From positions 22,258,001 to 22,322,000 of the forward strand of contig CM120646.1 in NCBI GenBank assembly GCA_051362555.1: 64,000 nucleotides of DNA, read 5' to 3'. This document shows positions 13,269-27,700 of the stretch, piece by piece; position 1 is the stretch's first letter; each line of letters begins with the position of its first letter. The stretch comes from Lingula anatina. Lineage: Eukaryota > Animalia > Brachiopoda. Under the pieces are notes generated by a model, which ran no database searches, was not told the DNA's origin, and saw nothing but the letters and a program-made list of their open reading frames with translations. The translations under genes were made by a program, and so were the position numbers.

Positions 13269-13480
13269 CCCCCTTTACACTGGGGCGGCGTCCTTTGTGC
13301 GACCAAGAAACTGGCATCACTGTGGTCGTAGAAAGGAGGTACAAGCATTGCTTTGGTTGAAAAAAAATGAATATTTGGTGATTGGCCAGTTGTCAGAAAG
13401 TTAAGTATTATAATTTTGTACTCTCAAATGGATCCGTACTACAGGACGCAGAAAGGACGCCGTCCAGTGTAAAGGGCCCC
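13269..13480. mobile_element. Small MITE (Harbinger-like)
   Basis: Inverted repeats CCCTTTACACTGGGGCGGCGTCCTTTGTGCG / CGCAGAAAGGACGCCGTCCAGTGTAAAGGG ~200 bp apart; TAA/TTA in the flanks. Confidence 0.65.
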
Positions 13481-13924
13481 TTAGCTAACTATGAATTAAT
13501 CTACCCCTGACAGTTTGAAGAAGGCTATGACATTATGAAACATTTATTATTACATAATGGCTCTGCGAACTACAGTCACTTCTTTTCACCTGTAGATCTG
13601 ACCTGTTTGTTATACACCTGGCTGCTAGAATAAATACTAAATCTAACAACTGAAGTGAAATTATATTTTGAATGGGCCCCTGTCGGTCCATGTCGCTAAC
13701 ACAGAGCACACATATTCATAAACACTGCATTTGCAAGAACCGCTTTGTGAAATGAAAAAAGAAAAAAAAAAGACGCCCCGACAATTACGCGTCCTGATAT
13801 ATAGGCCTACAGTTCGGATATGCACACGGCAAAAACGATTAAGGGACCGTTCCCAGATCCTATCGTACTAACTATGGATCGATCTCTCCCAGAAGGAATG
13901 CTATATAAATTGCAATCAACGTAA

Positions 13925-15920
13925 TCAGTGTGATCTGGCCAATTTTACAAAGTTGCTGTTTTTCCCTTTTCTCAGCATAATATTATATGCGATGCAACAT
14001 TTTAAAGAGAACCGATAGGTCTATTTTCATGAAACTCACAGAACTGATGAATATTAGTTAAACGCAGGTCAAGTTTGAAAATCTTCATAATGGGCTGCTT
14101 TTTTTTTCAGAAAATTTGCTGTTGTTTTTGCTTTTTTCAGCATACATGCAACACTGTAAACACAGTTCAAGGAGAAGCAATAGGTCTATTGTCATGAAAC
14201 TCACAGAACTGATGATTATTAGTAAAAGGGTTGTCAAGATCAAAAATCGGCATATCCGGGCCATTTTTTGTCAAAAGTTATGCTGTTTTTTTCTGCCATT
14301 TTCAGCATATAAGTAACGCTGTAAGCACATTTCAGGGAGAACCGATAGGCCTGTTGTCATTAAACTCACAGGAGTGATCAATGTTACCAATATAGGCCTA
14401 CAAATCAAGTTTGAAAATAGGATTGATTGGTTGAGTTTTGAGGGACTTCAGCTTTTATTTGTATATAAGTGGTTTTCCTCAGATTTGATTGTCAGGCATG
14501 TTGACAGTTTCGTTATTGAACTAACTAGATATGTAAATATGTTAGTGTTTGTCTGAAATTTTCTGCATCTTTACAACATTGCTAGTTGATTATATAAATA
14601 TGACGGTAAACATGTTATCATGTACTGTGTAATACAGTGTCTCAAAATGGAGGAAATGGGGTGATTATTTTCAAAAGTTTTGCATTTTTTTCTCCTTTTT
14701 TCAGTGTACATGCAACACTGTAAACACACTTCAAGGAGAACCAATAGGCCTGTTTTCATGAAACTCACAGAACTGATGATTATAAGTAAAAGAATGGTCA
14801 AGATTGAAAATCAGCATGACCAGGCCCTTTTCTTTCAAATGTTATGCTGTTTTTTTTTTCAGCATATAAGTAACACTGTAAGTACATTTCAGGGAGAACC
14901 AATAAGCCTGTTTTCATGAAACTCACAGGAGTAATCAATGTTATCTATATACAAATCAAATTTAAAAATAAGATTGATTGGTTGAGTTTTGAGGGACTTC
15001 AGCTTTTATTTGTATATAAGTGGTTTTCCTCTGAGTTACAGTGTACATGCAACACTGTAAACACACTTCAAGGAGAACCAATAGGCCTGTTTTCATGAAA
15101 CTCAGCATATAAGTAACACTGTAAACACATTTCAAGGAGAACCAATAGGCCTCTTTTCATAAAACTCACAGAACTGTTTTCATGAAACTCACAGAACTGA
15201 TGATTATTAGGAAAAGAATGGTCAAGATTGAAAATCAGCAAGACCAGGCCCTTTTCTTTCAAATGTTATGCTGTTTTTTTTTTTTTTTTTTTTTTTTTTT
15301 TTCAGCATATATGTAACACTGTTAGCACATTTCAGGGAGAACCAATAACTTAAAGCCTGTTTTCATGAAACTCACAGAACTGATGATTATTAGTAAAAGC
15401 ATATTAGTAACACTGTAAGCACATTTCAGGGAGAACCGATAGGCCTGTTGTCATTAAACTCACAAGAGTGATCAATGTTATCTATATACAAATCAAATTT
15501 AAAAATAAGATTGATTGGTTGAGTTTTGAGGGACTTCAGCTTTTATTTGTATATAAGTGGTTTTCCTCATATTTGATTGTCAGGCATGTAAACAGTCTCA
15601 TTATTGAATTTACTAGATATGTAAAATGGGTTGTTTGACAATTTCTGCGTCTTAACAATATTGCTAGTTGATTATATAAAAATGGTGGTAAACCTGTTAT
15701 CTTGTATTGTGTAAAAAAAGTGCCAAAATGGAAATGAACTCGTATCATTGTAGTTTGTCAGATTCAATCATTCACAATGTTTGGAATGGAGGAAATTGGA
15801 CATTTAAACTTGTTATATTGATATTTTTGCCATCTCAACAATTTTCTTAGTTGATCATGTGAAATGGCAGTAAACTGTATTATTTTATGTAAAAAAAGTT
15901 AAAAATGGAAAGAAACCCAT
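13925..15920. repeat. Array of ~150-bp satellite-like repeats, probably the core of a Helentron/DINE-like non-autonomous element
   Basis: Many copies of GGAGAACC(A/G)ATAGGCCTGTTTTCATGAAACTCACAGAACTGATGATTATTAGTAAA. The block GATTGATTGGTTGAGTTTTGAGGGACTTCAGCTTTTATTTGTATATAAGTGGTTTTCCTC occurs three times. Homologous to 58660-59600. Confidence 0.8.
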
Positions 15921-16542
15921 TTCAGTACAGTGCTCTCTTGTATACATTTAGCATTTTCAAAGTATGACTTTGGAGTTCCATGAACCTGAAAACCTTTGCT
16001 AGTCACATTTTCTGAATATTCATGATACTAATATTTTATTATAAAAAATTGATGATCATTATGCTGTTAAGCATTATATAATATTGCATCAAATTGGAAG
16101 AAAGCACAATTTTGGGTGCTGCTGGCATGATGTCCTCAATTGTAAAATTGTGTACTGTGCAAGTCTGTATCCAATGGACGACACTTTGTGTTATCAAAAT
16201 ATAAAATTCATGATAATAAAAGAGTGCTAAATAGAAAATAAGCATTATGAAAATAAAATGTTTGAAAACGAATTTCTTTGGTCTTTTATTTTATTTCATC
16301 AGTATCCTTTCTTTTCCTAAATTAATTGATGTTTTATCTCATAATCTTCAATTCTAAAAAAGTGGCAAAGCCCAGCATTAAATATTGTATAACTGTTCAT
16401 TTAATCATCACCTCTGGTGTTATTTTGGAATTTACCTTAAATATGAAAGAATTTCATAAAAATGTGAATTGCTGCAAAGTAACGCTATATAAAATTTGCT
16501 TTGCATTAAAAGTACAATCATTATTACATGTAGATGCATGCA

Positions 16543-16765
16543 TGTCCTCGGTTGTAATGTGTAGTGTCTGTCCGTGTGTGTGTCCGTGTGTGTCCTCGGT
16601 TAGAATGTAAAATTCTTGTCAGCAAAAAATTAGTTTTTATAAAAAATTAATTTATAACATTCATACTCGAATAGATTTTACCCTAAATTGAATGTTTTTA
16701 TTTTGATTTAACCAAAGAATAAGATGTCCTCGGTTGTATGGTGTTGTGCTGATGTCCTCGGTTGG
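16543..16765. repeat. Second GTCCTCGGTT motif cluster, inverted partner of 11635-11656
   Basis: GTGTGTGTCCTCGGTTAGAATG (16586-16607) is the exact reverse complement of CATTCTAACCGAGGACACACAC (11635-11656); four GTCCTCGGTT copies. Confidence 0.7.
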
Positions 16766-16779
16766 TACACATAGACAAG

Positions 16780-16847
16780 TATGTGTGTGTGCGTGTGCGT
16801 GTGCGTGTGCGTGAGATAGAGAGAGAATAAGAGGCAGAGAGAGAGAG

Positions 16848-16892
<45 letters not shown>

Positions 16893-16910
16893 AAGAGAGA
16901 GAGGGAGCGT

Positions 16911-16959
<49 letters not shown>

Positions 16960-16964
16960 GGAGC

Positions 16965-17025
<61 letters not shown>

Positions 17026-17056
17026 GGAGCGTGTGTGTGTGTGTGTGTGTGTGTGA

Positions 17057-17097
<41 letters not shown>

Positions 17098-17099
17098 GG

Positions 17100-17156
<57 letters not shown>

Positions 17157-17175
17157 TAGAGAGAGAGAGAGAAGT
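16780..17175. repeat. Compound microsatellite with higher-order period: [GGGAGC(GT)n(GA)n] x ~5
   Basis: Directly visible alternating (GT)n and (GA)n tracts joined by GGGAGC. Confidence 0.95.
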
Positions 17176-18716
17176 GAGAAGAGTATGCAGTGATGGATGC
17201 TGGGAAGCATACACATTAACGTCCTTTACCCAGTCATCTGTCTTTTCTCCCAATTTTCTGTATAGGTCTAATACAAGATAACCATGACCTCAACGTACTC
17301 TACCAGTACTCGTGTGAAATCCTACTAGATATAACAACAATATAAATTACGAAGTCCCCCCATCTACCTGTAATCCAGTTAAAAAACACTTATCCAGTTA
17401 CCGAACAAGGTTTAATTGATTTTGTAAGTTACAGTAACAATTGCTAGTATTAATCACGAGGGAAAGGCAAGTTATGCGCGTCTCAACTGCATGTTACAGA
17501 TGCGTGGGATGGCTACAGAAATGAGGTGCTGACTTAAAATATTGGGGTCACTGCCCTCGGCTCTGCCCAGCCATGTACATGTATGTCCATACGTCCAGAG
17601 AACAGATGCATGTGCTGTTTATGATGTACTTTGTATCAGCTAGATTACCTATTTTCACCTGAGTAATGAACGCTACTGATTAATGAATGCACCGGTCATA
17701 TATTGCGCTGAGCTAGAGATTTTCTCCTATTCTTTATTTTTGTTACCTTAGATATTTATTGTATGTGTGCTCAGACTAGGTCAAACCGGGATTGTATATA
17801 AAGGTCCAACTGACTTTGTTGGAATAATTGGGAAACATGAAGGTGCATTTTGCTAGGTACTGCTGTACTCTACAGAATATATATGAGCTATCAACATGAG
17901 GTAGGCCTACATTTTTAAATTCTATAGTTGCGTTCTTTCACATCTAGACGGCTGACCTTGTTTGAACCGACGTCAGTTCAGGTTTATAACGGTGTGTGAA
18001 TGTTCAATAACAGTCTCTTAAATTAAACCATAACTTCTGATCGAGAGCAAGGTTAACAGTGATCCCAGCCATTGTGATTGGGAGTAATTGTCGCAGTAAA
18101 GATAATGGTAATATTATAGGTAGGGCTATGCATTTGACGTCGTTTGGCATGCTTGACATATTTACATGAACTCACGTCTTGCTGAAATCCCGGACCTGAC
18201 ACGTGAGATATGTTTTCACCATTGTTTAAAAAAGAAAAGAAAAACGAAAAAACATGTTGTTTGACACATGGCAAGCAATAATGAAGCCTTGCCCGCGAGC
18301 GTTGATGTTTAAATAAATCCAAGTGTCCCGTGTCGCGAGACAGTATAGGTTGTTCTTCAAAATAAGGAAGTTGCACTCGACCAAGAGCGATGAATGGGCC
18401 ATCATGTTCGTTATACTCTAATGCACGAAGAATCTAGGGATATCAGACTAATTTTTACATTCTCGTCAAGTAATAATATTTGCTCGATTTTGTAAGGCAG
18501 ATTTAAAAACTACTAATACAAGCCGTGATAGTGAGCTACAATGTGATAAAATGGGACAAGCGATTATAACAGAGCGATCAAATTAAACGTGAGTGGATAA
18601 TCTGCCTACTGCTAATCTATTTTATTACTTCCGAAAGAAATCATAATGAGTTAGTATTTGAAAGTTTTTTCGTGGAATAGTTTGCAAGTCTTTGTTTTAT
18701 TTATTTATTTATTCAT

Positions 18717-18755
<39 letters not shown>

Positions 18756-21700
18756 TTTTGCTAGTTCAATTAGCTATTTTTTTTTCTGCATTAAGACTCA
18801 GTATACCATTCATTTAAAATATTAACTCGGGCACATACAGATTTCATCTTATTCTGCTATGCGCGCGCTGCAACGTATGCACATTCACTGCATGTTTCCC
18901 CAAACAAAAAAATCCAGGAATATAATTTCATTAAGCTTCACCCCTTCACAACCACAGGTTCGTGTACATGATCCAAAAGCATATCCATCTCTGCAAAGAC
19001 TTTATAATACTAATAAGACTCGGCGGTGTACCGTAGAGTAATTGCGCTACAATCGGAACGCTGTACGAGTACATCAAATTGTCACGAAAACCAAGGCAAG
19101 TAATAGACTATAGCCAGTTATGAGTTTTTATTTTTTTTTATTTTTTTTTTTTTGGGGGGGGGTTATTTGTAATACATTGTGGCAGTAATATTGTACTTAT
19201 TCATGTATTGCAAACAGAAGAGATTGACATCCTGATAGATATACCGAGGCAGATAGAACTCTGCAAACAGTCTCAGGGCTACAGCCGGAAAGATTTTCGC
19301 CGTCAGAAATCAATATCCGCCACTAGCGAGTAATGTTCCAAATCGCGTATTGAAGGTTATATTTTAGCTGGTTAATGCACAGACTTTGTAATTTATTCAT
19401 GGACGTGTCTAATTTGATAAATCACCACTCAAATGTTACGTTGATTCCTTAAAAAGTCCCATTTCTCATTAAGATAAATGATAAGGTGTAGACAATACTT
19501 AAGCATCAAACAGTATTTTAAAATAAGCAGTATGTAAAATGGATAATCCTTTATTATATTTCGTTTGTCTCTGTTCAATTTGTCCGTTTTACACAGCCAA
19601 CCAATGTCAGAATATTTACTGAAAATTGTAACGTGTGGTACATGAATAGGGATCGGGTATAAATCTATTTAAGAGGGAAAGAGAGAGACGTTGTTGTGTA
19701 GAAAACATTGCATGATTGTAATCAAACTAAACTATCTGCATGTCTAATAACTTTGTCTAATAGCTTTGGGATTTTTTTAATAGTCCTTAGAAGGAAATGA
19801 TGATTAAGGCAAGCAGCATGACGTGTAAATATTAATTGTGCAGTTAAACTTATCGATTTTGTTATACTATTTATTTATTCATAGGGGGAAACAGGTCGTT
19901 TGCATTGGAAACTTTAATTATATGTCCACCATGTGTTGCTTACGCTTTGTGTTCATCCGCTATTTTCATTAGCATAAATGAGTAGGGGTCCTGCCAGTTC
20001 TGCCTTTATGCAAACATCTTCCACTTTTTTATTTCTAATAATTTATCAACCGTGAGATTTTCCAATATTATCCAGATGTTTTTCATACTGGCTAGTTTAT
20101 CTAATGTGTGTTCCTGTTCACCTTGAGTTGTAGGACGTTTGTTGTGAGCCCTTTTTGTCCAGCATTTTAGTTTCCTCCAGTACTCGTGGTGATAGTACAT
20201 GTATATTGCTCCTTCTGATAATTGATGCTCTACACATTATTTTTCTGCGTTGAAATACACACTGAATCATACCCACCATTAGGTAATGCATTTTTTATGA
20301 AAGCAGTGACACTAAAAATAATTACCCCTTCCTGTAAAACACAATCAGTAGCAATAGCAATGCTCTTATAACTATCCACACCCACTCCAGACACGAATTG
20401 TGATTCACAATAACCAGAAGGAAGCGTTTTATTCACAAAGTTGTCTCCAAACAACACGCAATGTTTCAGCGACACATGCTCACGAGTACGGTTGTATTTA
20501 GAATTCGGATCGCTGTGCGCGGCCTGTTGTTCCTGTAGATGTTTTAGAAAGGTTTCCATCGGTGTGGTTAACTGCTGTTTCTTATATTCTCAAAACAGCT
20601 GCCTGTGTTCGTGAATTTCTCTACAGCTGCACAAACATGGTCATCAGTTGAAGAAAATGCAGTTAACCGATATTTTCTACAGAGCAGAATAACATTCAGG
20701 TAAGACAGAAGCAATCATTTACAGTTCTTATAAGTTAGTCGCCGACACATTTTACAACCTGGTTTTTGTGATGTTTTTAGTAAGCATGTTTGGTTCAATG
20801 GCACGTTCGGTGCAGGCGTCAGAGACAAAAAAATAGTTTCATTTGAACCGGCTGACGGTTTGACGGCGTAGTAGAACATCAGGCGTACGTAACATCAAAA
20901 ATGGCAACAATCAAAGCAAAAAAGGGCTATAGGTCAACCAAAGGGTTAATAATCAAGTAGCAGCACTCCATCCCGCGACAACGGTTCTTTTGAAGTTTTC
21001 CCACGGGCATTATCTGACGTCGATCAATTAACATTTAGTTCGTGTCTAGTTTCTATATTTTGCTTACTCCCAAAGCGATTAGGCTAGGTTTTGACGACTG
21101 AAAAGCTCGTGCATTATTTCTTGTTGAATTTTCTATCAAAACCACAACCAAAGGGGAACAGGACCCTCTCTTGGGGCGGGATGATGCAGTAAAATAACAT
21201 TACTTAGGAACGAATGCCTTTGGCTTTCCCTCGGGTTTGAGACCAAGATTTACTGGAGGTGAGAAATAACTGTTAAACTCTAATGGAACTGCCTTGCAGA
21301 AAACGACGCAGTGCTCCCCTTATAGCACATTTACCAGCACTTATTTTAAATGAAGGCTCATTTGATAAATCTCTTCCATTGCCCTTTGCGTTATTTTTTG
21401 TTGAATGCTTCAGAGAATTCCGCTAAACCTTTTGCTTGGTTGCTTCAGTGGTCGTTGGCATACTCGCCATGGGATTAGAAGTTACAGCGTTAATTCAATT
21501 GGCTTGGCTTGTGTATACCCCATAAAGATTGCTTTTATTCTACAGAGGATTCCCGATGTGTAATCTATTATGAAAAGATAAGTGGTGGTGTAAATTGCTT
21601 GCGAATTATCGAGAGATGTACGTAATCAATATCGAAGAAAAGACGATCAATGTTATATCATGGAATCAGGTCCAGAAACCGGATGGGAAATGAGTTATTG

Positions 21701-24700
21701 CTTTTTGTAACTAAAATCACATTCTGTTGACTCTAAAATTAAATAAAGGAAAACAGCTGTTTAAAAGCAAATATTCAAAATAAAACTATTGACTTAAACT
21801 TAATAATATCGGTCACGTTAGAAATGCAGTGTCTTCGCAATATAATTTACAAAATAACTATTTAAAAAAAACTGCAGGGATTTAAAACGCCTACTTAAAT
21901 TTTGTTTTAAATCCCAGGGGGCTTCCATATAATACTACGCTTTTATTACATACCCCTTAATCTTGAGAGTTGCATTAGTCACCGAAAAAAATCAAACCAT
22001 CCACACAGGCCATGCTGGTAGAAGAAATGTGTGGAAATACGCAATCAGATGATTACAACCACGACTAATTGATTCCCGGGTCCCAGTAGACGCCATAAAA
22101 GTTCAATCAAAAGTCTATATGGGATGATATCATGGCGAATATGGCACTCATCGCGTTATTTACAGAGGCGTCCTGGTCCCCTCTCAGTCGGGTTGGCTGT
22201 AGACTGCCCGTGAATGATGTTATTATTGGTGTCCAGTGTGTGGGGTTACTGTATGGTAGGCAAAGACCATATGCCTCCGCTATACTCCTACTACTGTGTG
22301 AGATCACAATACTAAAACAAGTACAGATGGCAGTTATTCAAATACGCTGACCCATCGGAGAGTTAACTGCACTAAATCGTGTGGTAGTTGACCATGCAAT
22401 CAGTGTTAACAAGATGGGTTCATTTTCAGTTCAATTGAACCCTTGATGGTCGATATTTGATAGTTATTTTTTTCCGAGATGAAATAACTTAATTGGAAAT
22501 TACTTAACACACATCGGATGACTATGAATTAGCTGTAATTTTTGTTTCGCTATTAACCGCGTCCTTCTAGTTTTAATTTGAAGCAATTTGGGCGTTCAGT
22601 TTTATGATTTGAACTTTTGATGACCTCTGATTGTTAGACAATCAATATCGTCCCTTTTAACCATAAACGTAGAAATGGTGTAACGTTTATTAATTTCATT
22701 ATTAAGTGCAATGAATTAGAAACTCTCATGTGTCAATATGCATATCGTTATGGGCGAAATAAAATTTATAAACGTTAAGAGCACATGTCACTTGGAATAC
22801 CCTTAGCTAATAAAGTATTTAAATTGAAAGCATGTTTTACGCTAATTGTCCCGAGACTATTTGCTTTCCCTAGCCGACGATTGTTTATTATTCATTTCTG
22901 AACTGTACATACGGTAACACGTTTCTTAAACCAAATAAAGGTCCAAGGCGCGTTAACTTCAGATCTTATTTAAAGCGGGAATAAGCTAAATGACGTCGCT
23001 GGTCTACCTGATTGTTTTAAGTAAGGTGTCTTTATAAGATGTTAGTCTGCACACAACAATTTAAACATTTCGAACCTTTCCACATTATTATTTTAATTGT
23101 TGTCACATGCACCTGGTTATGAGCTTTAAACAGAGTCAATTATCCACTGCAAGCACTTAGACTGCATAGGCGCTTTAAATGCTATTAATTCAACATGTAC
23201 ATGTAAGTCACAGAGGAGTCTAATCCATCTCGGATCTCATTAGAGCCGTCCATCCTCTCATTAAGGCGACCGTTTAACCGATAATCGTTACATAGCTTTG
23301 ACCCTCTAGGGAATTGCATTCTGATGACTTCTGATGGAAGCTGCCAGCCTACGTTGAAACGTTTGCGAATAAACGGTGTTGCTACTTTCCACGCTCGTTA
23401 ACACAAACAAGTTGATAGACCGTTGGTCTTCCCCAATAAATTCGCACAATCAACACGGAGTTTGCAATATGTTCACGTCACTGTCCCATGGAGCCAAACC
23501 ATCACAAAAACTTTTCATGAAATCTATTGGTATCCTATAGAACTTTATAGGAAACCTACAGGACTCCAGGGGACATCTACATGTATAAAAATATTACCAG
23601 ACACACGCCCTATAGCATTCCTATCCAGGACATATGTCCTATACGACCATACAGGATTTGGGGCGATTTCCTGTAGGGAGTCCTTTAGTACCATAAGAGA
23701 AGTTTCCGTAAGGACAGTCGTATGCTGAGTGTGCGTACAAAAACAACTGTGTTGAAACACATTACATCTGCAGGTAATCTGGGAAGGGTGTGTTCCAGTT
23801 GCATACAATCGATAACAGACTGCTGCTGTTTCGTCATATTGGTCTTGAAAGGGATTTTTCAGGAATCATTAAAAAAAACTGAGGATACAGGAGCGCGTTA
23901 CTATTGCACCTCAATACTGAGTGGAGCCGTCGTAGCAGACTTATTTGGTCCATGTTTTTTTTTTTTTTTTTTTTTTTGCTTATGTTATGTGAGGTATTTT
24001 GCACCAAATTTGCAATTGCTCAGAGTATTTCAACACAACGTGCATGCTTCTCATTTCGAGTGCACTTGTCCTTAAGCATTATAATTTTAGCCTATTACCG
24101 GATCAAATAACAATTTATGAAGAAGTAAGTCTATTAAAATAACTGACTTAATATGTTAACAAATTTAGCAAAATAGTTTTCATTTCTCAATAATTGCCTG
24201 CCCCCCCCCCCCCCCCCCAACAATCATATAATATACACACATACAACTCCCTTCTTCCAACGGCATCGTTTAACAGGTTCCAGTGCTATTAATTGCATAA
24301 TTGATATACGATGTGCACCAGCATAGCGGTCCTGTCTGGTTTATCATAATTAATGCCATTAAAAACACAGCCTCCGGTGGGCCAGAGGTCACTCATTTGG
24401 CAAAGACTTAATTAACCATGGCTATGTGACCTTTAGTTTGTCACAGCTAATATCGCTATAACATAAGTGGGCCACTTGACTGCGTTAACTGCCGTGCCTG
24501 AATGAAGTGGGTAGATATATGCGTCAATTGATGAAATCGTTCCAGGCAGCAAGCAGTGTGTATATATGTGAGGCATGCTAGCAACAGCTCTGGTTTTATA
24601 CTGGGGAACCAACGGCATTCAGTCAGTCTTTTCAGCATCTGGAATACATAATACATCTAACTAGTTTTTATAGACCGAATATTGATGATCATTAATGACA

Positions 24701-27700
24701 GCACACAATTAATGGGTCGTGGATTCTGTATCAAAATCACAAGGAAACACCAGAGGACATCTCCAGCTTGGAGGTAAAGTTTTCTGCTACTGTAGCATAT
24801 AGAAACAGCGAAACGGTTCCCAGCAAGGGGACCAAATGTGTTTTTAAAAGGATTTAACATAAACTAGAACTCCCTGCGTCTAATGCTGAGAACAGTAACG
24901 TTTGGGCATTTTATATACATTGTGTAAGTTATTTTATATCTTGAAAGTAAATGCTTTGATTCTAAATTCTGCTTTTGATAAGTTTAGTTTGCTCCTAGGG
25001 TGGAACCGTCGTATATGTATCTGTATTTACATGATGGGAATGAAGAAATAATTACAATTGCACAAAATAGCAAATTAACGGCAGGGTGAAAAATTCGAGT
25101 AATTGAGTTAACTTTAAATAGATGACAATCTGATAAGCAGATGGTTGAGTGCGTAACGTTTTTGATGACTTTGGTCTTAATTGGTCAATATGTCGACAGA
25201 GACATGCATGTTTACATTTTAATGTCAGAGCTATCGTAGGTTAATTAAAACACGATGTCCAAGTGTCCAAGGGAGACGACAAATAGCAGGCGTATTCGCT
25301 GTACTAACTGATAAATGTTTAACTTTCCACACATGGAAAGAGTACGTATGTTATGCTATCCGTCATGCCGTAGCAGCAGTGTTTACGCGGTTTAGTCAGC
25401 TTTAAATTCAGCTAAGCTTTATAGTCAGCTAAGCCTTGTAGCTTTTGGTGTTTAGGGACAGAACAAGCGCTAATAATTGGAAACATTTGGCTACATGCAC
25501 GCCTTGGTTGATTTTGAGCAGAATTTTGTTTGGTTCCAATTAAGATAATGCTTATTTTATTACTTATTCATTTTTTCATTTATTTCTATGCAGACGCCAA
25601 CGATCTCAAGAAAATTATTTGTTATCATATCATCCATTAATTAAGCTTGTCCTTAGGCATGCTGCTGCTTAAAAACACCGTTACTTACGACACTAGAATG
25701 TAAAAGTTTCACAATACATGTTAGTAGAGATTAGACATCATTTACCATAATCCGATTTCGACATATTGGACTACATGTATAGGTAATAATATGATGATAG
25801 CGTGACGAATATAAACACGACGGTATATTATTCACATAATACACTAAAAGCCAGTAAATCAAACATTTACTGTACGAAATCGATTGAGCAAATTATAGAA
25901 TGTCATACCCCAGTGCAAATGTTCTGTGTTATTTATACGTGTATGGTAGGTCCGTAATGCGTTTTCTCTGTATTCATGACACTCCCGATGTATTGCAGGT
26001 ACGCGTTATATCGAGGTTGACCAGCTAATTAGGGTTTAAAAAAACATAATCAAAAACCTATTTCCTACCCAATGCAATATATCATAACAACTTTCTATCT
26101 GAACTGGAATCCGAGAGTGATTCAAAATTTTAGAAGTTGATCTTTTACAAATTCATTGCATTGAGTTCGCAACACTCTCTATCCTGTCAAGTGTTGTTTG
26201 ATGTTTTAATTTCCCCATGAAAACCTGTGATGTTAATTTCCTAGGGCCCTGATTGCCGTGGCCAACGAAAACACTTAATTGGCGGAAATTATGTAAGTTA
26301 GCTATTCATTAAGTATTGATACTATAAAATGAATGATCGAAAGAAAAAACAAACCGACCAAATGTAATGAAATGTAATTTCTCGGTTAATATAGATACGT
26401 ATTTTGATTAATATTGTAATAAAAAAGGTTAGTATTCTTACAATGCAATTTTTGATTTTGGTTTATTTATCGTCTGATATACAGTGTGATATACAGTGAC
26501 ATAAAACATGGAACGCCTTTTAACAGATTAAATAATGCTTTTAATTTTCTATTATGGAAAAAAGGGGTTAACTTGCCTTCGCACTATAGTTCTTTTTACC
26601 TTTACGATTCTAAAGTGCATTTCCACTTTAAATAAGGTTTAATTAAATTTAGAACTTTCAGAAAAGGTAGAAAGTAACCACATCTAGAAATAATTACAGT
26701 CACTAATGGGCCTGTCATTTTGAAGAGTAAGAGTGACAGAGCGGCGTTTTACATTGGTCGGTTTGAAAATTGCCAGGCAGTTCCAATTGCCCTTAATGCA
26801 CCAAAGCATTATGGATAAAGCTATTTTCTCTGTCCTTCTGAAGTAAAGGCAATTTCCTCATTTGCACCTCGAGAGGTTATACAGGCCTTCCTCCCGAGGA
26901 CATCTCATCAGTTTCTAATGATAAAGAATATGCTGTTGTTTCCCGCCACCAGTAACTTAATGTTTCCAGGCAAACAAAATATAATAACCATAATCATAGA
27001 ACCATTACAAACATACCGCTGAAGATAATGTAGGTTTACCTTCTGAGAGTAATGAGGGCATACTGCAGATTTCTTAGTACTTCTAGGTACAATGGGGGTA
27101 AGGAAAGCAAGGGTGAATCATCGATATATTAGAGGTGTAGTATCTGAGGAAGGCCATTCAATAAATTCTGTACTTTTTGCATGTTGCCAAATTTGAGTCT
27201 TGCCTTGTCGACAACCGCTGCGTTGATTTCAGTATGGGATTTGCTACTCAAATCTGGTCTTAAATATCAGTTCTTTTTCTACATCGACAAAATATTGTCT
27301 TTTATGTCTAATAATACGCATGGCGCTCTCTACCCGGGAAATCTCTTTGGAACAGATGCATATCAGGCAAATGCAAACTCGGTAGCAATGAAGTAATTTG
27401 ACATCAAAAACAATAAAACTGCCTAACACTGGAGTTAAAATCGATTCCGTCATCTAGATAGTGGTGTTTTGCAATCATAGGACCGCCCTTGCAAACACGG
27501 CGTCACATCGCGTTAGCTTAATTTTCCTCTGAATTTGAAACGGAGATTTATGGAAAGAGCTGACTCTCTAATTATTAAGAAAACACAGATCGCTAATATT
27601 TGATGTGTGGGCCAATATTATCCGTATGATAAATGTGAAGTAGTTGTGTGGGCTTTGAACAGAACGGAAAGAATATCGTTCAACGTCTCACGGAACTCGT

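Noticed and set aside
14116-15748. Mutually similar short ORFs suggesting a gene family
   Set aside because: Similarity derives from the non-coding satellite-like repeat units; frames are not preserved between copies.
16698-17253. ORFs of 74-181 aa rich in HT/SL/CV/ER repeats
   Set aside because: Translations of the (GT)n/(GA)n compound microsatellite; not genes.
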